A DNA stretch of 64,000 bases from Schizochytrium sp. TIO01 (taxonomy: Eukaryota > Protista > Bigyra: Labyrinthulomycetes), in contig SMSO01000031.1 in assembly GCA_004764695.1 (NCBI GenBank), positions 9,344,761-9,408,760 on the forward strand, given 5' to 3'. Within the stretch, counting starts at the first letter, position 1, and each line of letters starts with the position of its first letter. Below the pieces are notes generated by a model, which ran no database searches, was not told the origin of the DNA, and was given only the letters and a program-made list of their open reading frames with translations. A program made the position numbers and the translations under genes. Below, in pieces: positions 51,177 to 62,419 of this stretch.

Positions 51177-51942
51177 CTTTGCGTGAAGGTTAAGCAATGA
51201 ATCGGCTCAGTCCTGGTAAATATTTGAGTAGGGAGTGCTGCTTCGGAGCGTGTGCTTAGCTTGGCGACGGGGTTGCAGTCGCTCCAGTTTCGGGTTTGCT
51301 TGTTTTGTCTCGATAGATTATCTATCCAACAACGAAAAAAGAAACACTAAAAGAAAAAAAGAAAGAGAATTACTTGGAAATAAGATACCCGATGCCTACC
51401 ACCTACATAGGTACTACTAGTGTTTCTCTTCATATTTTATGAGCTCAAAACATAGCTTCGAGATTTTAAAAAAGTGCTCCTTACAGTATATCATAGTGTG
51501 CCTAGTAGGACCCCAAATGGTATTTTTCTTCTTCCGGGTTCTTTTCAGTCCTCCGTTTCCTTTTTCTTTTAACTTTTCCTCTTCTTCTTCAGGCCTCCTC
51601 TTATGCCTTCCCCCGTGAGCGATTCTGCAAAAACACTGAGGAAGGCAGGCTCTGGCAATCGGTGCTTCTGAAGCGAGCTTAGGGCTCTTTATCCACTATT
51701 CATTTCTTCAGAAACACCTGCCAGTAGAGCAGTAGGTCTCAGACACTGCACTCAACATCGCGTAATGATAGGTACTTTTTGTTGCACGACAGTGAGGTTT
51801 ATGACTTCTAAATCCCTACGCATGGTTTAGAAATAAAAGAAGCTTTTAAAAAATAAAAATGAGTGCCTAGCTAGTGCGTTGCTCTAGCAGTCCTACTGAG
51901 AAGGCCATTGCAAAAGAGGAGACTGACAAACTGGCTGACTGA

Positions 51943-52000
51943 GAATGAATGAATGAATGAATGAATGAATGAATGAATGAATGAATGAATGAATGAATGA
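51943..52000. repeat. (GAAT)n microsatellite
   Basis: Read directly. Confidence 0.97.
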
Positions 52001-52362
52001 TCAAATGAATGAATAAGTGAATTTAATAGGTAAGTAGGTACTTACTCCTCTTAATCAAGTCCGCCACTCTCACTTCTGCAGCGGACTTGACTTCATTCCA
52101 ATCGCTCGCGAAAGGAACGTCTCCACGTGGATACCGTTCTGATCTCAAGCTCACAAGCAATCAAACAGACCATCGGCAAACTAGCTGACTCCGTATGTAT
52201 GCGCTAGCAATAAAAGTAGATCACGGTCCTAATCAAAGAACTCCACGAACTTGAAGGGTCAGGCATCAATCGGTTCGTCCACAACCGCAAAGTAGGTTGT
52301 GCATTGATTGACACGAACATCGATCCTATGACCTGCAAAACAAGAGAAGCAACTTTGAACTT

Positions 52363-52447
52363 CAAACAAACAAACAAACAAACAAACAAACAAACAAACA
52401 AACAAACAAACAAACAAACATACATACATACATACATACATACATAC
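52363..52447. repeat. Compound (CAAA)n(CATA)n microsatellite
   Basis: Read directly. It lies inside a candidate minus-strand intron (see findings). Confidence 0.97.
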
Positions 52448-53783
52448 CTGTACACAGTGGATATTGATCAGACTTAATGTAAAATTTGCCTTTAGGTGTG
52501 TAGATAGACAGACAGACAGACAGTCATTAGATCTCGTCCAAGGAGAGGGAGCGCAGAGAGGGTCCGTTCCGATCATGGCAAAGACAGGTTGAATCAAGAA
52601 CTGGGATAGGAAGGACCAAGATCACACTCACTCGAGAAAGGATGGAAAGGAGGAAAGCAAGCGAAGAGAACTGGTTGAGACGAGGTCCGGCGGTGTCGAA
52701 GAGAACTCCGGCCGGTCAGAGGCTTCTCCTGCCAAGCGGCCAGCGGTGCGTGCTTTCGCCTTCGCGTTTCTGTTTGTTTCTTGAGCCTACGACAGGTCTC
52801 TCACTCATGCAGCCACACGGTTGAGTTGCGAGGAGTAAGAACTGGGGTGCCCTAGGAGCGGAGACCGAGCGGTCCGACCTATGCTACACCTGACTTTGGC
52901 TCAGCGAGGCTTTCTCTAAGCTTGTTCGGAGTAGGTGTAGAGAGATAAGACAGGGTGGACCGTAGCATGTGAGCGTATTGCGCGATAGGTTGTTCTGGCT
53001 TGAGTTCTTTAAATCCAAGTTTTATAGAGGAGGAGCCAAAAGCTGAAGCCTAGTCAACGCTCCGCCGTCTGCTAGGTGTACTAAGAAGGCTGGGTTTCAT
53101 GTAGAACTTGAAGTCCCCAAGGTAACAAACAGGTTCTTGAAGGATACGTATGTCACTACTATGTGTGCAAGATGGTTCTACTCTACTAGCTAGGTATTTG
53201 GGGAGAAACTTGGTTTGGGCTTGAGACTTACGAAGAACTTCAATCATGAGATGAGATCAACTTCAATTGACCTGTGTGGCATTGAGTAGCTGATGAGCTG
53301 TAGAATCAGATGCATATTTTCGTGATGGGGCAATGGACTCGAATCTTGCAGTCAGGATATAATGAACGGTTTGCGTTATATTACCTATGATTGACACGAA
53401 CGATGTCTCAGTCTGATTGCATGGTTTTTTAGTAGCTAACCTCAGCGACTAGTGATACAGCGCAAGGACCCCTTTCTTTGCAGCCAAATAACAGCTTTAG
53501 TTTAAGGGATCCTTTAATTGGACTCAAGCTTGCATGGTGCGTCTCAAAGTTATCTGAATCACCTTCGTACCCTTTTCACGAGACTTTGAGACTCTGTAGT
53601 ATTAGTTTCTAATTAACTTGAACGAGGGGAGAACTTTACTTCTAGAGATTTTCATATAAAATTGATGTTTTAAGAAAAATAAATAGACAAGTACAGTCAG
53701 TGCTATATGAAGGGGAACCAAATGCAGTGTTGCCGGGCTTACGAACATCATACTAGACAACCGTGCTGCGCTAAGGCATTTCG

Positions 53784-55106
53784 CTATTGATTTCGGTGAG
53801 ACGCACCTACGGATTCCCTAGTGTCGGTTAGAGCAGAGCTATGTAAGTCCTCACGGGGTCGCTTCCGCCCAGCATGAGCTGCAAAGGTTGCCGACGATGC
53901 TGGCAAGAAGTGATCTGGAACCATCCTCTCATGATGGATCGCTGAGGCTTCAACATCAAAATTAGTCGTCTTTCGTACAAAAGGTTCGCCATAAATGGCA
54001 TCAGGGTTTCGACACGGGCAAATATCCAAGAGACCGTCCCAGACCTCCTCGATACCACGCGAGTGCCACACCTCAAAGCAGGACCGCCAACCCCACATCT
54101 GCTTTGGTTGACAACAAAGTGGAACGCGAATACAATTTACACACCAGAATTTAGTACAGGCCGGTTTACGCGATGGGTGGGATTTTCGAGGCCAATTCTC
54201 GCAAACTGTGCAGCAAAGAATGCAGGGAAGTCCATCGCGTTTATGCTTGCGGCTTTCTGCGTGTGTGAGTTCCATGCGCGCAGGGGCATGTCGCACGCCA
54301 CGAGAATGGCTCAGGCGCAAAAATACGAGTACAGTATCATAGCGATATAGCTCCAAAAGCTTTGCTACGGAGTTTGCCACACGAGCTCGCAGGATACGAG
54401 ATATACTTTCTGTCAGTAGATCAGATTGCTCTTTGTTTTGCAATGGGTCCCAAGGCTCGTTATTGAACAGAAGCTGATGAGGTTCTAATTCCCCAGCTCC
54501 AGAGAAACGCTTGGGACCTGTTCGCACTACCATCCCATTTTCTATATGTGGGTTTTGTTGTTGCTGTTGCGGCTGATGGTGCTGGTGGTGCAAATGGGAG
54601 GTTCGTTGTATCTGAGGGTCTTGATTTGTTTGATCATGCTCGTGCTCGTTGCTGTGTTCTTGGTTGCGCGTATGCGCATGCTCATGGTGGAAACTTACCC
54701 CGCTTAAGTTGTGATTATGGACTTCATCGACCGAGCTATCTAGAAGTTGCTGCGGTACAGCATTTATGGATTGGTTTACATGTATGTCAACCTCGGTGGC
54801 TGGTTCTACGTGAACATTTTCATGATGGTGTTGATCTTGCTGTCCTATTGCACCATGGCGGGGCTGTGATTGTTGTGTTTGCTGTTGTGTTTGTGGTGGT
54901 CTAGGATTATCCCGGACATTTTCTTCCAATGCTCCTTGCTCCTGAGCTCGGATCGGTGGCTCGCGCTGATTGCGCTGTTGTTGATCTTGTGGTTGCTCCC
55001 GGTCCTGGCCGAGCGAAGGTGATTCACCTCCGGCCATGCTCAGTTCAAGCTCAGCTGTACAAATATATCGCTTTTGTTTTGCTCCAGCTCCAGTTCTCCG
55101 CCCCAT
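53784..55106 (-). CDS. Gln/His-rich protein with a piggyBac-transposase-type Cys-rich zinc-binding domain and no DDE core
   Basis: ATG at 55106 (alternative 55037). Motif CILC...KPACTKFWCVNCIRVPLC...SCFEVWH matches the CxxC...T.F.CxxC.VPLC...CF..(W/Y)H pattern of piggyBac C-terminal domains. Tail GRKRPR is NLS-like. Confidence 0.75.
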   Translation of the reverse strand: MGRRTGAGAKQKRYICTAELELSMAGGESPSLGQDREQPQDQQQRNQREPPIRAQEQGALEENVRDNPRPPQTQQQTQQSQPRHGAIGQQDQHHHENVHVEPATEVDIHVNQSINAVPQQLLDSSVDEVHNHNLSGVSFHHEHAHTRNQEHSNEHEHDQTNQDPQIQRTSHLHHQHHQPQQQQQNPHIENGMVVRTGPKRFSGAGELEPHQLLFNNEPWDPLQNKEQSDLLTESISRILRARVANSVAKLLELYRYDTVLVFLRLSHSRGVRHAPARMELTHAESRKHKRDGLPCILCCTVCENWPRKSHPSRKPACTKFWCVNCIRVPLCCQPKQMWGWRSCFEVWHSRGIEEVWDGLLDICPCRNPDAIYGEPFVRKTTNFDVEASAIHHERMVPDHFLPASSATFAAHAGRKRPREDLHSSALTDTRESVGASHRNQ

Positions 55107-55405
55107 TTTTCGCAAAGGTAAATAAATATATTCCCTCGAATTTACAAAATTATCAATCAAACAGACAGTAGTTAAGTAGTTACTTACTAACCTGTACTAG
55201 CGCCCTGTCAAAAAAGAAAAGGAAAGAGAAAAGAGAGCAAATCCACAAGCAAGGCCTGAGCCCTGCAAGTCTCTCAGACACCGCAGTCTCGGCTTATCTA
55301 ATCCAAGTTCGTTCACAGCAGGTCTTGTTGGGGCTAGTATTTTCTTCCCCACCTCTTCCTTTCCTTCCTTCCTTGTCTTTGTTTCCTTCCTCCGGCACCT
55401 TCAAA

Positions 55406-56089
55406 ATGGTTGTGGGCAAGGCCATCGTAGCACTGGCCTCCGGGCATTTAGTTGCCACCGCAGTCTCTGCCAACGGTGGTATCGACGGTCTCGTCAACGG
55501 ACCTCGTGAGTTCTCCTCCTCCGCCTCTGGTGCACAATTATCTTCACAAAATCCTGAAGTTTCGCCAATTTCGCTAGAATCTTCAGATCTGACGAGTCAT
55601 GAATCCCAACTCGCTTCTGAACCTTCTTCTTCGCAGCGCTGGGTGGGATCCAAGGCCACATCGGCTGACAACGCTCGACTTGGGCGCCTCACAACTGAGC
55701 TATATCGGGGACAGCCTAGGTGGCCTCGCGTGAGGACCGCGTACGCTGTAGATTGCTCGATGGAAACTCCCCTCCTAGCCGTTCACGGAGTAGAGTCTGT
55801 AGAGCGCTGCGCAAAGGCTTGGGCATCTCTTCGACCTGTGCAACTGGCACATCGCGAGGAGTACTCTGAGGATGGCAAAAGGGTACGGGTTTACATGTCC
55901 ACTGAGGTGAGACTTTTGTCAAGGACTTTTTTGATTCCTAGCAGGGTGGAGCTGGATCTGGACGAGGAAGGTCGCGTGGAACGTCATGTGGAGTCCTGGC
56001 ATGGATACGACCTTGTGGAGGCTCTTCACCCGGTTCGCATGGTGAATGGGTGGCTGATGGAGAACTTTCTTGCATGGAAGAGCCACTGA
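55406..56089 (+). CDS. NTF2/SnoaL-like fold protein
   Basis: ATG at 55406 (MVVGK). YAVDCSMETPLLAVHGVESV...LDLDEEGRVERHVESW is typical of the SnoaL/NTF2-like pattern. Divergent from the preceding gene across ~300 bp. Confidence 0.65.
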   Translation: MVVGKAIVALASGHLVATAVSANGGIDGLVNGPREFSSSASGAQLSSQNPEVSPISLESSDLTSHESQLASEPSSSQRWVGSKATSADNARLGRLTTELYRGQPRWPRVRTAYAVDCSMETPLLAVHGVESVERCAKAWASLRPVQLAHREEYSEDGKRVRVYMSTEVRLLSRTFLIPSRVELDLDEEGRVERHVESWHGYDLVEALHPVRMVNGWLMENFLAWKSH

Positions 56090-56778
56090 TGAAGCTGCTA
56101 AGGTGTGGTTGTATACACTCGAGAAACGTGGGCTGCAGTACATACATGGGTGCAATGTGTTTTGACTTTCGCAAGGTAAGATTCCATGCAAAGCTTACTT
56201 TCGTATAACTTGAAAACTTTCACTAGAAAGCTGGCTTGTAAGGGATATTTGAGCTTTTGAATACAGAGGGAGGGCAATAGCAGTATGCAAAGTCCTATAC
56301 GAGGTCTCAGGAAAGGAAAACAAGCTACATTTTTTTTCCCTTTTTGGCAAGGGAATGCGGTCTCTTTATATACTCTATTCAGGGTAATTTGCAAATGGGT
56401 AATAGTACTATCTCAAGAAAGCACTTTGGTTATGATGTATATGCTCCTCCCTCGTTGGAGGTGATGTGCTTTTTATACAATCATGTGCTGCTGTGTTGCC
56501 TCCACGTAATGGCGTCTTATTGCTTATCCTGCAGGCTACGATAATGAATCAACTAAATCTTCCTTTCTGTGGTCACAAAAGCTTACAGGCGAGCATTTCT
56601 TATGATTTAAATGACAAACTAGGCATTTCATTGTGGGCCCTTCATTAAAGGAAATTCTTTCAAAAGGAGCTCCATTTTTATGGGGTCAAATACTTGTGTG
56701 ATGTATGTGAGACAAGTAATCAGACTCATCATCAATTAACCCTGAGCTATATGTAGGACAATTGAAGACCTAAGAAAT

Positions 56779-58893
56779 TCAGAAATTGCCTGTTGCAGGA
56801 CGCTGAACGTCGTTGAGACCTTTGCGGGTAACGTAAAGAAGTTGCAATGGGACCTTATTTGCAACATCATCTTTTTTTGAGATTTTAATATAAGCGTGAT
56901 TGCCACGTCTGCTGTATCGTCCAAATATCACATCTCGGTATCTGTCACCATCCTCCGAGCGATACTTAAGAGTCATATCTGGTTTAATCCTATCTGAGTT
57001 CTTTGGCAAGTCAATCAGGGAGATGTAACTTTCGCCTTCAATGTCATGCGCAGTATCGGGTTCTACATCTCCGATGAGGGGTGGCACGTAAAACTCTATC
57101 TTTCTTTCCCCGGGTATTATGCTCTCACCAGTGCGCATTCCCAAAATTCTTCTATTTCTTCTTGTGCCAGTTCTTCGCAGAAACTCAACCTCGATAGTAC
57201 TAGCATCTACCAACAGAAGTATCATCTTCATACCTCGTTTCAGACGTCGAAGCATGCGCTTGTTTACGACACAAGCATATGGTTGCTTAATTGAGGATGC
57301 CTTTTCAGCTAACTTCGCTGCATCTGGCGTCAATCCAGAATTTCCATGGCCTAATATCCAAGGATCAATTGGAGAACCAGTAGCGGTATCAACTTGAAGA
57401 GCCCCTTCTTGAGCTAACCGCTGAAGTCTAGTTGCCTCAGGCTCGCGGTAGATTCTGCGTCTATGCCAGTCTTCAACCTGTGCGCTCATTGGACGATTTG
57501 AAGGGACTGGGGAAATGTCTTCACAAAACAGAGCAACCGGGTTCTCCTCCCTCTCCTCTCGTGTCGCCTCTTTAAGGAGTCGCTTTCGCTCCTTTTCGAT
57601 CTTCTCGAGATACTCTTGGAACTTGATACGATCAATTGTTTTGCGTACAGGCACTTTAGGATTGTCGTAGACGTGACCACCACCCATACGGTCAGCTGCG
57701 ATGGGGCTCCCTTGTCTTACTCGTGAAGTTGCAGGCGGTGGTGTTGCTGCGCTTGGAATAGTTTGAGGTGTGGATGTAATGGGGGAAGTTCCCATATCTC
57801 TGAGTTCAATCATTTCTACACTTTCAGGACTGTAGCTTTGTAAACTTGGTTGTGGACTTGGTAGCGGACTTGGTAGTGGCGTAGGTTGTGGCGTAGGTTG
57901 CGGTTTAGTCTCGTCTGTTTGCACTTCTTTAGTTTCAAATGTACTCTCTTCAGTCTGTACTTCTTTTGATCTGGTTAGATCGGTTTGAGTCATGCGGTTA
58001 TTTCCCTTTTTGTTCATGTTATGCTCAGTCTGCATCGCAATATCTTTGTGTGTGAAAGTTTGCATCGAGGCATCCTTGCGCATGTTCGTTTGCACTGAAA
58101 TATCCCTTGAGGGAGGTTTTGGGGGCATCGGAGGCGGTTTTGGGGGGGCTGGAGGGTTTGGAGGAGGCCTTTTCGGAGTTCTCCGTTTGACAGCGTAAAT
58201 TGTTTTTGTGGTTTCGTTCTTGCTTCGCCTGAGGTCATCGTTTGCTAACTTTGCAGCAACTAGGGAGATGCCAATTACTCCAATATTTAATCCAAGCGTA
58301 GAGAATGAGATCTTACTCCACCCTGCCTCTCGTTCTCTAAACGAAGATGTAGGATCAGAAGTTGGTGTGGCTGTCGGAGTAAGAGTTGGGGTAAGCGTTG
58401 GAGCAAGTGTTGGAGCAACCGTTGCATTCTCGGATAAGCTTGTATTTGAACTTGTACATGTCTCAGGCATCGTACGCTCAATAATAGTGCCACAAATGCA
58501 TTCTTGTTTAGGGGATCCACAACCAAGCTCGCATGTAATAGGGCATACTTCGGCCATAAAGAAAGGATATTTGGTGCATAGCCCATCGTTGGCTACTGCT
58601 TCACAAGTGTCATAACCCATGAATGAAAAAGACTTATCCTCACAGAGTGCCTCACAACGATTACATGCGCGTGGGCAAAGCAAATCTATTAACTCAGGCA
58701 GCAGCACGTCACATCCACCAACCTCCGCCATTTCCTCACATGACGTTATATTTGGGTAAATGGATTCAATAATCGCTAATAGATCTTCATCCTTGTCATT
58801 TTCATCCTCGCTGCAGCTTACTTCTCCATTGGATCGAGGCACAAGAACGAGTGTAGCAATAAGGGCAATAAAAGTTGTCCAAAGTTGTTTCAT
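56779..58893 (-). CDS. 704-aa type-I membrane protein: signal peptide, 2 ShKT-like Cys domains, PT stalk, TM, Pro-rich and xxQT-repeat cytoplasmic region
   Basis: Signal MKQLWTTFIALIATLVLV. Six-Cys units (C..D...SCEEMAEVGGC-x11-CPRACNRC and CEDK...CEAVANDGLC-x10-CPITCELGC). Stalk APTLAPTLTPT. TM ISFSTLGLNIGVIGISLVAA. Confidence 0.85.
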   Translation of the reverse strand: MKQLWTTFIALIATLVLVPRSNGEVSCSEDENDKDEDLLAIIESIYPNITSCEEMAEVGGCDVLLPELIDLLCPRACNRCEALCEDKSFSFMGYDTCEAVANDGLCTKYPFFMAEVCPITCELGCGSPKQECICGTIIERTMPETCTSSNTSLSENATVAPTLAPTLTPTLTPTATPTSDPTSSFREREAGWSKISFSTLGLNIGVIGISLVAAKLANDDLRRSKNETTKTIYAVKRRTPKRPPPNPPAPPKPPPMPPKPPSRDISVQTNMRKDASMQTFTHKDIAMQTEHNMNKKGNNRMTQTDLTRSKEVQTEESTFETKEVQTDETKPQPTPQPTPLPSPLPSPQPSLQSYSPESVEMIELRDMGTSPITSTPQTIPSAATPPPATSRVRQGSPIAADRMGGGHVYDNPKVPVRKTIDRIKFQEYLEKIEKERKRLLKEATREEREENPVALFCEDISPVPSNRPMSAQVEDWHRRRIYREPEATRLQRLAQEGALQVDTATGSPIDPWILGHGNSGLTPDAAKLAEKASSIKQPYACVVNKRMLRRLKRGMKMILLLVDASTIEVEFLRRTGTRRNRRILGMRTGESIIPGERKIEFYVPPLIGDVEPDTAHDIEGESYISLIDLPKNSDRIKPDMTLKYRSEDGDRYRDVIFGRYSRRGNHAYIKISKKDDVANKVPLQLLYVTRKGLNDVQRPATGNF

Positions 58894-60123
58894 GTGGCTA
58901 CTTGCTTGCAGCCTGTTCAGCCAGCAAAAGGAACTGTTTCCGCTTTAGCGTATTAGCAGGTACCCGCGTTCATAACATGACAAACCGTCCACAGAATACT
59001 GAAGCTCTACATTAGAAATAGAGGTTTGATTTGTGTTGAATATTTGAACAAGAACATCTCTCCTGTGGACTTATAGTTACATATAAAGTATTTAATGCTA
59101 CTTCTTATTTGTTCGAGCTGAGCTTTTGTATACTTACCAGCCCAGGCTAATGCACCAAACTACCAAACAACATGTATGAGTGATTTTTGATAATAAGATA
59201 TACTTCCTACTAGCTAGGGGACGTCAATTTACGTCCATGTGTGCTTTGTCCATGATCTCCTTGCAGAGCGAGACATGGGTACTCGGATCAACGGATAGAT
59301 GGTAGGCCCTATTTATGCCCTATTTATGAATAAATCCCCCTATTCAACAGCTCCGGCAAAGGACAAGTCAAGACAAGCGCATCAGCAACTATAAGCTAGG
59401 CCAATATTCCTCCCCCCCAAAGCTACTCAAAGACGGAGTTTCCCTCATTTGCAGATGTTGTACACTCTTCTCCTAGCTTCTGTCGCAAGTGACGCAGGAA
59501 TACTTCAAAAAATTCAAAGTATTCTTGACACCAATAAGTTTATAAAGAAAGTTATTTTAATTCAAAAAAGAAAAGAAAAGAGAACAAACAATATAGCAGA
59601 AACACAAATATACACAGTTGAACACAAAGCGGTTTCATGGATATTGTGCTATCTATAAATTGCGAATTACGGTGACATAAATACCCGAGGTAGAAATTTA
59701 ACTTTGATATATTTTTTTTTCTTCCGAGCTTTGAAAGGGCTCTTATATAGACTGATTGCCAAAATATTGGTAGCTTCATATAACATGATCAAGGAAAATC
59801 TTGAGGCCTTTCGTAGAATGCTTGTATTTTTTGTGTTTCAGAGAACTTGCCAATTAAAATAGCAACTATGAATACCTCCAACTGATTTAAGCGGAATAGA
59901 CGGTTGACGCGCATAGCTATTTTACGGTGCTTGCAGTAGGATAATATGAAATAATTACCAATACGTGTCCAAATGAGATTCTTTGCTTAACTTTTTGCGA
60001 AAACTTCAAGTGCGAGGGATAACAGATTCCCAAGGTCTGAAAAACTAAGAAGAAAGTATTGTCCATGTAGAATTGATTGTATAACAAATCTAAATATTAA
60101 CACATCAGTTTCTCATTTAAACG

Positions 60124-62419
60124 CTATACATCATCTTCGTCTTCTGAAGTGTCACCTTCATCTTCGTCAGCAAAACTTTCAACAAAGGAAGTTGCTATCG
60201 AGAGAGCATTGTTAGAATTTTCATGGTACATTTTCGAGGGCTCGCTGCTTTGTGCTGCATCAAAATCAGAACCATATCGAGGTCCTCTCTCCACATCTTC
60301 ATCATCAAATCTATAAACTGTGTCGAATGTATTGTCATCACGAGAAGTATGATCTAAATCGTTTTCGTGAGTTGTCTTGTTATCAGAGGACGATACTTCT
60401 GAGAAGGGAGATGAGGCATAGTGAGTTCGGACAAATTGAGAAAGTTTGGATTCTTGCTGTGCAAGGAGGTTTTGTGGCTGAAATGTATCTCCGTACTCTG
60501 ATGATTGATTTTGCTTGGGTGCATCTTCTTCAAGCTGCATATCTCGAAGAGTTGATTTCGAAACATCATCTCTAAACAATGGTTCCTCAAGGATGCCCAT
60601 ACTCGATTTGCTGTTTTTACAGTCGGCAAAGATAGTGCTGGCTGAGATAAATAGAAAGTTTGATGGACGCAGGATAATAGCCCCATTGCTATAGCGAGCA
60701 TAAATTGTTTTTGCTGCCCAATCGATGTCGTATATAGTGACGTTTAGTACAAATGCATCCCGGTTGACGTATACCAATTCACTACCAGGTGCGAGAATTG
60801 AGAATTCTACTTGTTGGAGTGGCTTAAATCCACAAACGTAGAGCCCAGATGCAACCTTTTCGCGAATGTGCTGTAGCTCTAAACGAAGCGTCTTGTCTTC
60901 TTTTGGAGTACGCCGAGAGCCAATTCCAAAAGGCATCTCAGTGTAAAGTGAACTATCCTCTTCAAGGTAGACAGTGTTCTCATTGTCTTTTGAAAATTGT
61001 ATCTTACGGTTTGGTAAGACTTGAATAAATGTGACAACTTCAATTCTACCATTTGATAGCAATAGAATTAGTTTAGAAGTATTCTTCTTCAAAAACCCAA
61101 GCTCTTCAAAGTCGCTTAGGCAAATGAAGCCTTTGTTTAGCAAATCCATAATAACTTGAGCTCGTATTGCCATTTCTTTCGCACTTATTTTCATTTGATC
61201 ATCACTGCGAGTCGAGTCGCGCAAAAACTGCAAATTGTTTTCGCTATCAATATCAGCAAGCACCCCCTCAGATGCAGATGTATCAGTGGTGTGATACATT
61301 GTCCTCTCATGGTCTATATCGTGCGTTGCAGGCAGGCTCTTCCGTGACTCCGGCAAAGCTTCGTTCCTAAGATGTGGAAAATTGCGAAGCAAAAGTGACT
61401 CGTCATCAAACGAGTTGCCTAAGGGAGATTTGCCTGGATAACGTTTTCTTTGAATTTTATCATCTTCCATGCGAGGAGGTCGGTTTGCCCTACTACGGGG
61501 CTTGAATATACTCGAGACACGCTTTCGGGTCTTCTGCCCTAAGCGATGCTCACTTTTACCACCATCAATGTTAAAATTTAAGAGATCTTCGACATCAGAC
61601 CAATAATCTGAAGTCATAGCTGGGCCAGGGTTGGGCGAATCCGGAGGATGAAGATCAAAAGTTTGCTTTAGTTCATGGGGGCGGTCTGGTCCACTAGTTT
61701 GGGGGGGGAGGTGGATTTATGCTTGGTATTTTACGAGGAAGGTTACGGGATATTATTCCTGTAGTCCGAGTTTGAGCTTTTTTAAGATCATTCCTCGCCC
61801 AAATAGCAAAAATGAGAGAAAAGCCAAAATTGCCAAAGTCTGCAGCTATTCGACCGAGGTTTCCAGTTTTTGCATCAGAAGGTGGTGCTGTTGGGGCCTT
61901 AGAAGGGGTTTCGGTTGGCCTTGAGGTAGGAGCCAAACTTGGAGAACGCGTTGGAAAGGGTGTTGGATCAGCAGAGCACTCACGCGAAGCTATTCGCTCT
62001 ATGATTGTTCCGCATATGCATTCCTCTTTGGGAGCGCCGCATCCGAGTTCGCAAGAAATTGGACAAACATTGGATATCACTTCCTCCGGGATAGTGTCAC
62101 AGAATCCAAAATATAGAGCCATTTCACAGTTGTTGAATGGAAGGCCAAGGTCATTCAAAGCTACTTGGTCCTCACAAATTTCTTCACATAAGCTGCATGC
62201 TCTTGGACATAGAAGTTCAAGAATTGACTTGTGTATTACATTGCAACCTCCTGCGCTTGCGAGCTCTTGGCAAGAAGTCAGATCAGGATATAGGCTACCC
62301 GTGAGCTTAGCCAAATCACTGTCGTTGTCTTGTCCATCGGCTTCACATTTGACAGCCTCGGATACCGAGATAATTGCGTCTGAAAGTAATGCAATTAGTA
62401 ATAAGCACCCCAAGCGCAT
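60124..62419 (-). CDS. Paralogous ShKT-domain membrane protein, interrupted by a +1 frameshift at the C8 run (61701-61708); ~764 aa if joined
   Basis: ORF 61694-62449 carries signal peptide, 2 ShKT, stalk and TM, colinear with the 704-aa gene. Removing one C gives an open frame (PPPPQTSGPDRPHELKQ...GPAMTSDYW) into ORF 60124-61617, which resembles the 704-aa C-terminus (KLILLLSNGRIEVVTF vs KMILLLVDASTIEVEF). Confidence 0.75.

Noticed and set aside
50130-51200. 356-aa + strand ORF and 193-aa alternative-frame ORF over the thiolase
   Set aside because: Shadow ORFs produced by the strong codon bias of the thiolase. No independent motifs.
59130-59140. ATACTTACC resembling the U1 snRNA 5' end
   Set aside because: No U1 stem-loops or Sm site follow. 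Better read as a minus-strand splice donor.
61673-61696. Stop-codon readthrough of the TAG ending ORF 61694-62449
   Set aside because: The same frame hits TGA after six further codons, and the downstream ORF is in the +1 frame.
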